This document shows, one piece after another, positions 23,173 through 33,504 of a stretch of 64,000 nt of DNA; position 1 is the first letter of the stretch, and each line of letters opens with the position of its first letter. Source of the DNA: Candidatus Latescibacterota bacterium (GTDB lineage Bacteria > Krumholzibacteriota > Krumholzibacteriia > WVZY01 > JAKEHA01); contig OY970173.1 of assembly GCA_963707635.1 (NCBI GenBank), positions 2,528,001 through 2,592,000 on the forward strand. The letters are read 5' to 3'. Both the position numbers and the translations under genes were made by a program. The notes under the pieces were generated by a model. The model searched no databases. It saw only the letters and a list, made by a program, of their open reading frames with translations, and was not told the DNA's origin.

Positions 23173-24996
23173 CTAGACTCGCTCGCCGCCCGGGCGCCCG
23201 TCGGCGCCACCCGCCGGGCGCCGAATCTCGAGGTGGAGCTCGCGAATCTGGTCGGGGTCCACCTCGGACGGCGCGTCGTCCATCAGCGACGTCGCCTTCT
23301 GTGTCTTCGGGAACGCGATCACGTCGCGGATCGACGCGGCCCCCACCAGGGTCATCAGCAGCCGGTCGACCCCGGGCGCAATCCCGCCGTGGGGGGGTGC
23401 GCCGAATTCCAACGCGTCGAGCAGAAAGCCGAAGCGCCGAGCGGCATCCGCTTTGGTGATGCCCGTCACCGCCATCACGCGCTCCTGCAGCTCGCGATTG
23501 TGGATACGGATGCTCCCCGACGCAAGCTCCATCCCGTTGCACACCAGGTCGTAGAGGTGCGCGCGCACGCGCAGCGGGTCCGATTCCAGAAACTGGACGT
23601 CCTCCTCGAACGGCATCGAGAAGAGGTGATGGCAGGGCGCGTACCCGCCACGCTCCTCGTCGCGCTCGAACAGCGGGAATTCGTTGACCCACACGAAATC
23701 GAAGCGCTCCGTGCGGTCGAGTCCGAGCCGGCGGCCGACGTCGGTGCGCAGCCGGCCGAGGAGGAGCGAAATCGCGGGCACCTCGCCGACCAGGGCGAGC
23801 AGCAGGTCCCCTTCCTCCATCGCGCAGCCGGCGATGATCCGCGCCTCGACGGGCTGGCCGAGGAACTTGGCGGCCACGCCGGTCAGGCGGCCGTCCGCGC
23901 GCCGCAGGCTCAAGAGCCCGCCCGCGCCGCCCGCTTTGGCGAGCGACTCCAGCTCGTCGACGTCCTTCTTGGCGAGCCTCGCCCCGCCCGCGACCACGAA
24001 GCCGCGCACGTGGCGACCGGCGGCCAGCGCCTCTTGCACGACGCGAAACTCAGTTCCCTCGAAGTACGCCGAGATCGATCGGATCTCCATCCCCAGCCGC
24101 AGGTCGGGTTTGTCCGAGCCGTAACGCTCGATGGCGTCGCGGTACGCGAGGCGCGGAAACGGCGTCGCGAGTGCCACGCCACGGCCGACGCGAAACACTT
24201 CGCCCATCATTCCCTCGACCAATTCGAACACGTGGTCCTCGCGCGGGAAACTCATCTCGATGTCGATCTGGGTGTGCTCGGGCTGACGGTCGGCGCGCAG
24301 GTCCTCGTCGCGCAGGCAACGCGCGATCTGAAAGTACTTGTCGAAGCCGGCCACCATCAGGATCTGCTTGTAGAGTTGCGGGCTCTGGGGGAGCGCGTAG
24401 AAGCACCCCGGGTGCAGCCGGCTGGGCACCAGGTAGTCGCGGGCGCCCTCGGGGGTGGCGCGCACCAGCATCGGCGTCTCGATCTCCAGGAATCCGCGCG
24501 CCGAGAGAAAATTGCGGATCGCGAGCACGACGCGGTGGCGCAGCTCGAGATTCTCCTTGAGGGGCCTCCGGCGAAGGTCCAGGTAGCGGTACTTCAGCCG
24601 CAGCTCCTCGCTGGCCTTGACGTCGTCGGTGATGGTGAACGGGAGCACCTGCGAGCGATTCAGCACCACCACGCGCGCCGCCGCCACTTCGATCGCCCCG
24701 GTGGACGAATCGTCCCGCACCATTTCTTTCGGCCGCACGCGCACGGAGCCTTCCACCGCGATGACGTCCTCCATGCGCAGCGCCGCGGTGACGGCGCCGA
24801 GGGCGTCGTTCGACGCGTCGACCACCACCTGCACGTGCCCGTAGCGGTCCCGCAGGTCGATGAAGTGGACCCCGCCGAGGTTGCGCAGCCGGGACACCCA
24901 GCCCATGAGGCGCACCGTGGTTCCCGCCGCGTCCTGGCCGAGCTCGCCGCAGGTGTGCGAACGATCGAACGGCAGCCAGTATCCCTCGATGCTCAC
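23173..24996 (-). CDS. aspS: Aspartate--tRNA ligase
   Basis: GTG at 24996 overlaps the hisS stop; RSHTCGEL, FIDLRDRYG, RLKYRYLDLRR, TPEGARDYLVPSR, LPQSPQ, RDEDLRADRQPE, GAPPHGG. Confidence 0.96.
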   Translation of the reverse strand: MSIEGYWLPFDRSHTCGELGQDAAGTTVRLMGWVSRLRNLGGVHFIDLRDRYGHVQVVVDASNDALGAVTAALRMEDVIAVEGSVRVRPKEMVRDDSSTGAIEVAAARVVVLNRSQVLPFTITDDVKASEELRLKYRYLDLRRRPLKENLELRHRVVLAIRNFLSARGFLEIETPMLVRATPEGARDYLVPSRLHPGCFYALPQSPQLYKQILMVAGFDKYFQIARCLRDEDLRADRQPEHTQIDIEMSFPREDHVFELVEGMMGEVFRVGRGVALATPFPRLAYRDAIERYGSDKPDLRLGMEIRSISAYFEGTEFRVVQEALAAGRHVRGFVVAGGARLAKKDVDELESLAKAGGAGGLLSLRRADGRLTGVAAKFLGQPVEARIIAGCAMEEGDLLLALVGEVPAISLLLGRLRTDVGRRLGLDRTERFDFVWVNEFPLFERDEERGGYAPCHHLFSMPFEEDVQFLESDPLRVRAHLYDLVCNGMELASGSIRIHNRELQERVMAVTGITKADAARRFGFLLDALEFGAPPHGGIAPGVDRLLMTLVGAASIRDVIAFPKTQKATSLMDDAPSEVDPDQIRELHLEIRRPAGGADGRPGGERV

Positions 24997-26261
24997 CGCG
25001 ACTCTCCTCGTCCCGGCGCCGCCGCGTTGGCGTGCGCCGCCAGCTGCGCGTCCGCAATCCGCGTGTGCGTGCGCGCCCCCAGGTCGTGCCATTCCACCTC
25101 GTCCGGCGCGGCGGCGTCGACCACGACCGCCACCTTCGACTTTTGCTTCGCCGCCGCCTCGAGCTGGGTCTTGCGCGACCGACCCGACAGGTCGACGTGC
25201 GCGCTGCCGGTTGCGCGCAGAGTGCGCGCTGCCACCAGCGCCCTCGCCTCGGCGGCCTCGCCCACGCACACCACGTAGTAGTCGGTGGATTCACTCCCGC
25301 GCGCGGCGGGACTGCCGGCCGGCAGCGCGTCGACGATTCGCTCCAGCCCGGCGCTGAACCCGATCGCGGGGGTCGGCGGCCCGCCGCATTGTTCGACCAG
25401 CGTGTCGTAGCGCCCGCCGCCGCAGATCGCATCCTGCGCGCCGTGCGCGCCGCAGTAGACTTCGAACACGGTGCGCGTGTAATAGTCGAGCCCGCGCACG
25501 AGGTAGGGATCCTCGACGAAGGAAATACCCAGCGCCCCGAGCATCTCCCGCACCCGCGCGAAGTGCGCCGCGTCCTCGTCCACCAGGTGTTCCGAGATCA
25601 GCGGCAGCCGGCGCTTGAGCTTCTCGCCGTATTCCTTCGAGTCGAAGATGCGCAGCGGGTTGTGCGCGTAGCGCTCCATCGCCTCCGGCGCGAGCTCGCT
25701 CGCGAGCGCGCGAATCGCCTCGAGCAGGACGCCGCGGTAGCGCTCGCGCGAGCGCTCGCCGCCCACGGAATTGAGCCGGAGGTCGATTCCGGAGAGTCCG
25801 AGGGCCGCGAGCGCTTCGACCACCACCTGGATGACCTCCGCGTCGAGCCCCGGGCTCGCGCTGCCCAGCGCTTCGGCCCCCACCTGGTGAAACTGCCGGT
25901 AGCGCCCGGCCTGCGGGCGATCGTAGCGGAACATGGGGCCGAGGTACCACAGCCGCTGCACCCCGCCCCACCGGTGCATGCCGTTCTCGAGATAGGCGCG
26001 GATGACGGACGCCGTGTTTTCGGGACGGAGCGTGAGGCTGCGCCCCCCGCGATCGTCGAACGTGTACATCTCCTTGCTGACGATGTCCGACTGCTCCCCC
26101 ACCGCGCGGACGAACAGCTCGGTCGATTCGAAGATCGGAGTGCGGATGCCGCGGTAGCCGAAGCGGTCGAACACCGCGGTGAAGGCGCTCTCGACCGAGC
26201 GCCAGCGGTCGATCTCGACCGGCGTCACGTCGTGGGTTCCCCGGGGCCGTGAGTACTTCAT
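24993..26261 (-). CDS. hisS: Histidine--tRNA ligase
   Basis: MKYSRPRGTHD, KEMYTF, LRPENTA, MFRYDRPQAGRYRQFHQ, LVRGLDYYT, GGGRYD. Confidence 0.96.
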   Translation of the reverse strand: MKYSRPRGTHDVTPVEIDRWRSVESAFTAVFDRFGYRGIRTPIFESTELFVRAVGEQSDIVSKEMYTFDDRGGRSLTLRPENTASVIRAYLENGMHRWGGVQRLWYLGPMFRYDRPQAGRYRQFHQVGAEALGSASPGLDAEVIQVVVEALAALGLSGIDLRLNSVGGERSRERYRGVLLEAIRALASELAPEAMERYAHNPLRIFDSKEYGEKLKRRLPLISEHLVDEDAAHFARVREMLGALGISFVEDPYLVRGLDYYTRTVFEVYCGAHGAQDAICGGGRYDTLVEQCGGPPTPAIGFSAGLERIVDALPAGSPAARGSESTDYYVVCVGEAAEARALVAARTLRATGSAHVDLSGRSRKTQLEAAAKQKSKVAVVVDAAAPDEVEWHDLGARTHTRIADAQLAAHANAAAPGRGESR

Positions 26262-26266
26262 GGTCG

Positions 26267-26668
26267 TCACTCCGCGGCCACGCGGACGCGCGGGGTGCGG
26301 GCCGCGTGCAACAGGCACGCGGTCGCGGCGACGGCGGCGCCGGTCAGGTCCGCGAGCCAGTCGTGGAGATCCGTGAGCCGCCCTGGAATGGTGCCCTGGA
26401 AGAGCTCGTCCGCCGACGCCAGCACCGCGACCACCGCCACCAGCGCCAGCGCCGCGGTCAGGCGATCGCGCGCCAGCGCGGGCGCCAGCGCGCGCCACAA
26501 CAGGAAGGTCAGCCCCCCGTACTCGAGCGCGTGCGCGAGCTTGTCCTTCAGGTCGAATTCCGGACCCGGGGCGTGCAGATACGGTCGCGACGACACGAAA
26601 AAGATCAGGGCGATGTACGCGATCGTCGCCGCGAGCCATCGTCGCCGGACACCTGCGGGTTGATTCAT
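26267..26668 (-). CDS. VanZ family membrane protein
   Basis: DKLAHALEYG, DELFQGTIPGR…DWLADLTG. Confidence 0.88.
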   Translation of the reverse strand: MNQPAGVRRRWLAATIAYIALIFFVSSRPYLHAPGPEFDLKDKLAHALEYGGLTFLLWRALAPALARDRLTAALALVAVVAVLASADELFQGTIPGRLTDLHDWLADLTGAAVAATACLLHAARTPRVRVAAE

Positions 26669-26680
26669 AGGGACTCTGTC

Positions 26681-27139
26681 TTACCGGTCGCCGAAACGCT
26701 TCAACACACCGATCACGTCGGCGGGATCACCCGCGCGCCGGATATCGTCGCGAAATTCGGCGTGGTTCAACAGACGTGAAATCTTCGCCAGGACGCGAAT
26801 GTGTTCCCGCCGTTTTTCCTTCGGGCCGAGTACGACGAACAACACGTCCACGTCCGCCTCGTCCGGCGCGCCGAAGGCGACGCCGGCCACCGTGCGGTAC
26901 ACGCCGGCCACCAGGCGATCGACCCCGTCGGTGTACGCGTGCGGGATCGCGACCCCGTTGCCCACGCCCGTGCTCATCACGCGTTCCCGGGCGAGCAGGT
27001 CGTCGAGCGCGGTGGCACGGTCCGTGACGAACCCCTTTCGGTCGAAGTCGTCGACGACGGCCTCGAGGAGCGCCTCCTTGGCGAGGGGCGGCAGGGCGGT
27101 CACGACGGTCTGGGGAACGAACAGGTCGGTTAGTCGCAT
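26681..27139 (-). CDS. PTS system EIIA component (Ntr/fructose-mannitol type)
   Basis: RERVMSTGVGNGVAIPHA (phospho-His motif). Start placed at ATG 27139 because the predicted promoter overlaps the longer ORF start. Confidence 0.9.
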   Translation of the reverse strand: MRLTDLFVPQTVVTALPPLAKEALLEAVVDDFDRKGFVTDRATALDDLLARERVMSTGVGNGVAIPHAYTDGVDRLVAGVYRTVAGVAFGAPDEADVDVLFVVLGPKEKRREHIRVLAKISRLLNHAEFRDDIRRAGDPADVIGVLKRFGDR

Positions 27140-27165
27140 CGCATTGCCGTCGGCCGGGACATGCA

Positions 27166-27194
27166 ACATTAGGTGCGCCCGGGCGGCCTGTCAA
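27166..27194 (-). promoter_or_regulatory. Putative sigma70 promoter for EIIA-vanZ-hisS-aspS
   Basis: Minus strand TTGACA-N17-TAATGT. Confidence 0.6.
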
Positions 27195-27216
27195 GCGCGC
27201 TCGCCGCCCGTGGACG

Positions 27217-28155
27217 TCAGCGCCCGGAAGGAAACACGCGCACGTCGAGCGTGTCGGCGCTGATCCGCGCCAACTCGACCCCCGCCGGGAGGATCACGCT
27301 CGGGCACAGGCGGTAGGTGGCGGGCTTGCGCCCGCTCAACTCGACCAGCACGGATACGTCTCCGGAAGACAGCGTGTCCAGCACCGCGGACGGCCCCTTG
27401 AGCGTCAACGACACGGTGGCGGGAGTGACCTCGGCGTCGATGTCGGGAGAATCCAGCAGAACGGTGGGCGGCACGTTGGCCAGCACTCGTTCGCCGCGCG
27501 GGCTCACGCGCAGCGTCACGTCCACGCGGGCCGGGTCGCACACCACCGCGGGTACGCCGCAATCGAGCGCCACGCTGCGCGTGTCCGAGCTGTGAACGCG
27601 CGCGAGGTCCACCGGATCCGTGCTCACGTGCTGGATGCGCTCGACCGCGGACGCCGGGCCACGCACGGTGACCCAGGCCGGGTCGATGCTAACGCCGCCG
27701 TCGAGCAGGACCACGTCGGCCGGGAGCACGCCCTCGGCCGCCAGCGAGACCTGCACGCGGCGCGTCGCCATCGGCTCGAGATCGATTTCCACCGCCGAGG
27801 GCGAGGTCACCTGCATGCTGCCGGGCGCGAAGCCCCCCGCCCCGCGCACGTGCTGGCTCGTCAACGGCACCCGCTGTCGTCCGGGGCCCAGACCGGCCAG
27901 GTCGATCACGACCTCGAGCTTGCGAAACCCCATCGTCACGACCCGGCGGCGCGAGGCCGTGATTCGCACCTGCGCCGAAACCGGCACTGCGTTCGCGATC
28001 GCGAGCGAATCCGAGAGCCCCTCGAGCACCAGCGCCGCCGTGCGCACGCGCACGACCTCCTCCTGCCCGCTGGCGTTGAACCACACCAGCAGCGCCACCA
28101 CCACCGCGAGCACTTTGGCACCGAAATTGTGGGTAACCGCGCGCGCGAGTTTCAT
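27217..28155 (-). CDS. CdaR/YbbR-like repeat protein
   Basis: N-terminal anchor HNFGAKVLAVVVALLVWF; three YbbR-like repeats (PAWVTVRGP, PATVSLTLKGP). Confidence 0.85.
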   Translation of the reverse strand: MKLARAVTHNFGAKVLAVVVALLVWFNASGQEEVVRVRTAALVLEGLSDSLAIANAVPVSAQVRITASRRRVVTMGFRKLEVVIDLAGLGPGRQRVPLTSQHVRGAGGFAPGSMQVTSPSAVEIDLEPMATRRVQVSLAAEGVLPADVVLLDGGVSIDPAWVTVRGPASAVERIQHVSTDPVDLARVHSSDTRSVALDCGVPAVVCDPARVDVTLRVSPRGERVLANVPPTVLLDSPDIDAEVTPATVSLTLKGPSAVLDTLSSGDVSVLVELSGRKPATYRLCPSVILPAGVELARISADTLDVRVFPSGR

Positions 28156-28179
28156 CGGCGATGGCTCGTCGCGCCGGCA

Positions 28180-29547
28180 CTAGTTCGCGCGCACGACGAG
28201 TTCCTGCCCCACGCGCAGGCTGCTGCGGGTCCCAAGGCTGTTGAGCTGGCGCAACCGGTCCACCGAGGTCTTGTAGAGCCGAGAGATGGTCCACAGCGTG
28301 TCGCCGCGCTGCACGCGGTGGATGACCGCGGTCTCCTGCGCGCTGCGCTGCGGCGGGTGCAGGCGGAAGAACTCCAGCACTCCGTCCGCCACCGCGCGCG
28401 CCATGGTCTCGCGGCCGGCGGCGTCCCGCACCAGCCGGGCGTCGGACGCGTTGGAGATGAACCCAGCTTCGACGAGCACCGACGGCATCGTGATCGTGCG
28501 CAGCACCGAGAACGACTTCTGTTTCACCGCGCGCGTGGGCAGCAGCCGGCGGTCGCGGACCGATTCCAGAATCGACTCCGCGAGCAGCTCGCTGCGCGCG
28601 AGCACGCTCTGCTGGTTGACGTCGAGGAGCATGTGGACGATGTCTCCGTCGTCGCCCGGGTCGAGCCCGAAGTCGTGCGCCGCCTCGCCGCTCGCCAGCG
28701 CCTTGCTGGCGGCGCGCTGGGCCCCCGCGGGGGCGACGAAATAGATCTCGGCGCCGCGGGCCGAGCTGCTCGGCGCCGAGTTCAGGTGCATGCTGACGAA
28801 TACGTCGGCGTGCTTCTCTTCGGCGATCTGGTTGCGCCGCTCCAGCGTGAGGTAGACGTCGGAGTCGCGCGTGAGGACGGCGTCGACTCCCGGCTGGCGG
28901 TCGAGGATCGCGGCCACCCGCCGGGCAAGGTCGAGGCAGAGCTTCTTCTCGACCAGGGCGTACTTTCCGATGGCGCCGGTGTCGTGGCCTCCGTGACCCG
29001 CATCGATGGCCACCACGAAGGGCCGCGACGGCGAGGTTCGCGCGCCGGAAGGCGCGACGGCGGTTTCCGGGTTCGGAACCGAATCCGCCTCGGCGACGGG
29101 TTTGGTCACGGCCATCGCGGCTGGCGCCGCCACGGCCTCCGCGAGGTCGACGACGATCCGAAACGGCTTGCCGTCGCCTGCCGGGAGCGAGAATTCCTTC
29201 CAGGTGACGCCGGGCTCGACACCCACGACGACCTCGACCCGCTCGTTACCCGCGCTTGCGTGGAGATCGCGAACACCGTTGCTCCCGACGACCGCGTCTG
29301 CCTGCACCGACCGGTCGAGGGAGGCTCCCGGAACCACGATCGAGATGGCGGACGAGTCGGCCAGGTAGTCCACCATGAAGCCCGACCGCCGGGTCAGGTC
29401 CAGAACGACCCGGGTCTGTCCCGTCTGGGCCGAGTAGCGCACCGACCGGACCACCAGCGGGGTCGCCGACCGGGCAAGCTGGGCCGAAAGGCACGAAACC
29501 CCCGCCGCCAGGGCGAGTATCTGGTTCAACCTGCGGTAATAACTCAT
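28180..29547 (-). CDS. N-acetylmuramoyl-L-alanine amidase (AMIN + Amidase_3 + LysM)
   Basis: TRVVLDL, VAIDAGHGGHDTGA, EK, FVSMHLNS, PSVLVEAGFISN, C-terminal HRVQRGDTLW LysM. Confidence 0.92.
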   Translation of the reverse strand: MSYYRRLNQILALAAGVSCLSAQLARSATPLVVRSVRYSAQTGQTRVVLDLTRRSGFMVDYLADSSAISIVVPGASLDRSVQADAVVGSNGVRDLHASAGNERVEVVVGVEPGVTWKEFSLPAGDGKPFRIVVDLAEAVAAPAAMAVTKPVAEADSVPNPETAVAPSGARTSPSRPFVVAIDAGHGGHDTGAIGKYALVEKKLCLDLARRVAAILDRQPGVDAVLTRDSDVYLTLERRNQIAEEKHADVFVSMHLNSAPSSSARGAEIYFVAPAGAQRAASKALASGEAAHDFGLDPGDDGDIVHMLLDVNQQSVLARSELLAESILESVRDRRLLPTRAVKQKSFSVLRTITMPSVLVEAGFISNASDARLVRDAAGRETMARAVADGVLEFFRLHPPQRSAQETAVIHRVQRGDTLWTISRLYKTSVDRLRQLNSLGTRSSLRVGQELVVRAN

Positions 29548-29621
29548 TATCGAAACGAAAGATAAACTATCCGACCCGAACCATACCGGCGTCAGTCGGT
29601 GGGTGGCAAGAAAAAAAGGGG

Positions 29622-30545
29622 TCAGTCCGCGAGGACGAATCGCATCGGGTCGATGCGCTCGCCTTCCTGCTCGATCTCATAATGGAGGTGCGAGAACGTC
29701 GATCGGCCGGTCGAGCCCACGCGCCCCACCACGTCCCCCCGAACCACGCGCTGGCCCTTCTGGACCAGCCGGCGCTGCAGGTGCGCGTAGCGGGTCACGA
29801 AGCCGGCGCTGTGGGAGATCTCCACCACGTTGCCGTAGGTCTGCCATACTCCCGAGAACGTCACCACTCCATCGGCGGTGGCCTGGACCGGCGTGCCCAG
29901 GCGGGCAGAGAAGTCGACCCCGCGGTGCATGGTGCGCCGTCCGCTGATGGGGTCCATGCGCCATCCGAAGCGGCTGGAAACGAATCCGACGTTTACCGGG
30001 CGCAAGGACGGCGTCGTTCGCACCTGCTCGTTGGAGGCTTCCAGGCGCGCGACGATGATCTCGTAGTCGTCGCGCTGGAGGCGGGCCTGGCGCAGCAGCT
30101 TGTCGATATCTTCCCGCGCGTCGGCCAGGCGATTGCGCGTGCCCGGGTCGACGTCCGGAATCGCGTAGGCGAGCCCGAGCGCGGGCCCGCCAACCCCCAC
30201 CTCGGCCACGTCGTCGCTCAACTCGTCGAGGTTGGCGAGGATGCGGGCCTTCTTCTGGAAATCGAAATTCTGGGAGACCTGACGGCGCAGCGTTTCCATT
30301 TCGCCGTCGAGTTGGTCGATCTGGGAGCGAAGGGCGCCGTTTTCCTTCGCCATGAGCTCTACGCGGTAGGCGTCCTGGAGCCGGCTCGAGTAATGGAGGA
30401 CGGTCCACCCGGACGCGCCGAGAGCGATCAGCACCGTGATCGCGAGCGCGAGAACCGCGTTGCGCCGGACTGTAAACGAGCGCGGTTCGCTCGCGCCGTC
30501 CGGCAAGTATAGAAATGTTAGAAGCTTATCGCGGATCACAACCAC
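29622..30545 (-). CDS. M23 family metallopeptidase with N-terminal TM/coiled coil
   Basis: SSRFGWRMDP, HRGVD, TRYAHL, GSTGRSTFSHLHYE. Confidence 0.92.
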   Translation of the reverse strand: MVVIRDKLLTFLYLPDGASEPRSFTVRRNAVLALAITVLIALGASGWTVLHYSSRLQDAYRVELMAKENGALRSQIDQLDGEMETLRRQVSQNFDFQKKARILANLDELSDDVAEVGVGGPALGLAYAIPDVDPGTRNRLADAREDIDKLLRQARLQRDDYEIIVARLEASNEQVRTTPSLRPVNVGFVSSRFGWRMDPISGRRTMHRGVDFSARLGTPVQATADGVVTFSGVWQTYGNVVEISHSAGFVTRYAHLQRRLVQKGQRVVRGDVVGRVGSTGRSTFSHLHYEIEQEGERIDPMRFVLAD

Positions 30546-30579
30546 GCCGCCTGTACACGTTCACCGGCATCTGCGGCCG

Positions 30580-30608
30580 AGGCTAAGCAACGCCCCCCGG
30601 CGTGTCAA
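30580..30608 (-). promoter_or_regulatory. Putative sigma70 promoter for the M23 gene
   Basis: Minus strand TTGACA-N17-TAGCCT. Confidence 0.5.
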
Positions 30609-30729
30609 GCCAATCAGACGCGGGCAAGGTTCGTACCAGCCCTGGCCCCGCGCCGCCATGCGTCCGCATAAGGAAAGGGCAGGAGCCCGCGCCCCTGCCC
30701 TCGAGAGAACGTCCGCGTCGGGCCGTTGC

Positions 30730-31632
30730 CTACTGCTCCATGTAGCCCTGGAGGAACTTCGCGCGCGTGGAATGGCGAAGCCGCTGGATCGCCTTTTCCT
30801 TGATCTGGCGAATGCGCTCGCGCGTGAGCTTCAGGCGCTTGCCGATATCCTCGAGCGTCATGGGGGCGTCGCCGCCCAAGCCGAAGTAGAGCGACAGGAT
30901 CTGGCGCTCGCGCTCCGAGAGGGTGGCGAGCGCGCGTTCGAGATCGTCGCTCAGCGCGGCGGCGTAGGTGTCCTCGTCGGGCGCGGCCTGGGCCTCGTCG
31001 GTGAGGTAGTCGACCAGCGCCGTGTCGTCTTTCTCGCTCGAGTACGGGTCGTCCAGCGAGACGTGTGTGTTCGCGATGACCATCGTGTCGGCAACTTCCT
31101 TCGCCGAGATGTTGAGCCGCGCCGCGATCTCGTCGGCGCTCGGCGCCCGGCCGAGCTCCTGGTCGAGCTGGCGCGACACCTTGCCGATCCGGTACAGCGT
31201 GCCCGCCCGGTTCAGGGGCAGGCGCACGATCCGCGAGTGCTCGGCCAGCGCCTGCAGCATCGCCTGGCGGATCCACCACACGGCGTAGGAGATGAACTTG
31301 AAACCCCGTTCTTCGTCGAAGCGGTGCGCCGCCTTGATCAGGCCCAGGTTCCCCTCGTTGATGAGGTCCTCGAGCGAGAGGCCCTGGTTCGCGTACTGCT
31401 TCGCGATCGAGACCACGAAGCGGAGGTTGGCGCGCACGAGCCCGTCCAGCGCGTCCTTGTCGCCGCCGCGAATGCGAACCGCCAGGTCCCGCTCCTGCTC
31501 GCGGGTCAACAGCGCCGTGCGGTTGATCTCGTGGAGATAGAGGTCGAGGCTCCGGATGCCGGCTCCGGCCTCGGACTCCTTCGACGCCCGCTCGCGCGGT
31601 TCCAGACGATCTTCCATTTCTCGTTCTCGCAT
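30730..31632 (-). CDS. RNA polymerase sigma factor, RpoD/SigA family (short, no region 1.1)
   Basis: LDLYLHEI, ANLRFVVSIAKQY, DLINEGNLGL, RGFKFISYAVWWIRQ, TRERIRQI; ATG at 31632 after GGAGG. Confidence 0.93.
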   Translation of the reverse strand: MREREMEDRLEPRERASKESEAGAGIRSLDLYLHEINRTALLTREQERDLAVRIRGGDKDALDGLVRANLRFVVSIAKQYANQGLSLEDLINEGNLGLIKAAHRFDEERGFKFISYAVWWIRQAMLQALAEHSRIVRLPLNRAGTLYRIGKVSRQLDQELGRAPSADEIAARLNISAKEVADTMVIANTHVSLDDPYSSEKDDTALVDYLTDEAQAAPDEDTYAAALSDDLERALATLSERERQILSLYFGLGGDAPMTLEDIGKRLKLTRERIRQIKEKAIQRLRHSTRAKFLQGYMEQ

Positions 31633-31681
31633 TACTTCATCCTCCTGGTTCTTACCCATCCACACTGCCCCAGGGGTTGAG

Positions 31682-33124
31682 TCACTTTCGATCGGGTATC
31701 ACCGGCACGTAGGTGGTAACCCGTCCTCTCTTCACCAGGAACGCGATTGGTTCCTTCCGGTCTTGCAGTTTCTTCGACATCGCCTCGTACTCCTCGATGC
31801 CGCCCACTTCGTGCGAATACACCTCGGTGATCACATCGCCTTCCCGGAGGCCAGCATCCTCCGCGGGGCTCTCCCCCTCCACCTCCGTCACCACCACACC
31901 GGTCTGTCCACGATCGAGCCCGAACCGACGCCGGGTTTCGCTGTTCCTCGCGTCTTCCACCCGGATCCCCAGCCATGCGCCGCTTTCGTGCTCGGGGGCG
32001 GACGCCACCACGTCTTCGTCGGGCCTCTCCGCCACCGTGACGTCGAGCTTGCGCTCCACACCCTCCCGGACGACCGTCACCGGCACGGTCTTGCCCACGG
32101 GGGTACCGGCGACCATTAGACGGAACTTGCTGTCGTCCATTACCTGCTCGCCGTTGAAGCGCACAATTACGTCGCCGCGCTGAAAACCGGCCTTGGCCGC
32201 CGGCGTCTCGGGCTGCACCTGCTGGACCAGGATCCCGTGCTCGACGCTGAGCCCCATGCCCTGGGCCAGCGTCTTGTCCAGTTCCTGGAGCTGGATCCCG
32301 AGGTACCCGTAGCGCACCCGGCCGCGCGCGATCAGCTCGCCCATGATGGATTTCGCCATGTTGATCGGAATCGCAAAGCCGATCCCCTGGCCCGACGGAT
32401 TGATCGCGGTGTTGATCCCAATCGCTTCGCCCTTCATGTTGACCAGCGGGCCGCCGCTGTTACCGAAGTTGATGGACGCGTCGGTCTGAAGGTAGTTCTG
32501 GTACGTCGCATCGCCGCCGATGATGTTGAGGTCGTTGCGCCCCTTCGCGCTCACGATGCCGACGGTGACCGTGCCCTGCAGCTGCCCGAACGGCGTTCCG
32601 ATCGCCATCACCCAGTCGCCGACCCGCATCGCGTCCGAGTCGCCCAGCGCCACCTTCGGCAACCCTCGCTTGGCGTCGATCTGAATCACGGCGATGTCGG
32701 TGTGTCGGTCGAATCCGACCACCCGCGCGTCGAATTCCTCTTCGCTGTCGTCGCGCTCCATGACCACCGTGATCTTCTCCGCGTCGCGGATGACGTGGTA
32801 GTTGGTGAGCACGCGCCCTTCGTCGTCGAAAATGAAGCCCGAGCCGCCGCCGGGCATGCGCCGGCTGTGCTGGCGCTGCGGGTCGTCGGGGAAAAACTCC
32901 TTGAAGAACTCGAACGGCGTCTGGCCTTCCTGGTCTCGATCGGTGTCCACCGTGCGCTCCGTGCGGATGAAGACCACCGCCGGACCGACCTTCTCCGCCA
33001 CGTCGGCGAACACGGAGCTACCGTCGGCCCGAATGGGCGCTCCCCGGGCAGCCTCCGGCGGCGCCGCGGCAGCCGATGCCACCATGCAACCGAGCAACAC
33101 ACCAGCAGCAATGAACCTGGCCAT
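31682..33124 (-). CDS. Do/HtrA (DegP/DegQ) serine endoprotease with two PDZ domains
   Basis: GSGFI…LTNYHV, TDIAVI, QTDASINFGNSGGPL, two PDZ domains; start uncertain (33124-33217). Confidence 0.93.
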   Translation of the reverse strand: MARFIAAGVLLGCMVASAAAAPPEAARGAPIRADGSSVFADVAEKVGPAVVFIRTERTVDTDRDQEGQTPFEFFKEFFPDDPQRQHSRRMPGGGSGFIFDDEGRVLTNYHVIRDAEKITVVMERDDSEEEFDARVVGFDRHTDIAVIQIDAKRGLPKVALGDSDAMRVGDWVMAIGTPFGQLQGTVTVGIVSAKGRNDLNIIGGDATYQNYLQTDASINFGNSGGPLVNMKGEAIGINTAINPSGQGIGFAIPINMAKSIMGELIARGRVRYGYLGIQLQELDKTLAQGMGLSVEHGILVQQVQPETPAAKAGFQRGDVIVRFNGEQVMDDSKFRLMVAGTPVGKTVPVTVVREGVERKLDVTVAERPDEDVVASAPEHESGAWLGIRVEDARNSETRRRFGLDRGQTGVVVTEVEGESPAEDAGLREGDVITEVYSHEVGGIEEYEAMSKKLQDRKEPIAFLVKRGRVTTYVPVIPDRK

Positions 33125-33379
33125 TTTCAGGGACGATGTCACCCTTATCACCCTCACGACGACGGCTGAGACCCGCTTCGGCGAGTCGCCGTCAAATTGA
33201 CGCATAATGAGTTCCAACTATCGGCCGGCGCCTTGCGCCGACCGCTGGAAGGGGAGCAGGGGGGCAGTGGAGTTGAGTGCACTCTCGACCAGTGCACCAC
33301 AGAGTGTAGCCCGGAATACCCGGACCGTCAATGCGCCATTCGCCCCCGGCGCGCCCGGCTTGCCAGATACAGGTGGTTG

Positions 33380-33404
33380 TACGCGGCGGCGAGCTCCGGG
33401 TTCC
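33380..33404 (-). promoter_or_regulatory. Putative ECF-sigma promoter upstream of htrA
   Basis: Minus strand GGAAC-N16-CGTA. Confidence 0.55.
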
Positions 33405-33504
33405 TCCCCGTAAAGTGCCGGAACCAAATAGCTTGTGCACATTGGTGTTTCCGGGGATACTTGCCCGGACCCGGTCGACCGGCTTTCCGAGGAAGGAGCA
33501 GCTC

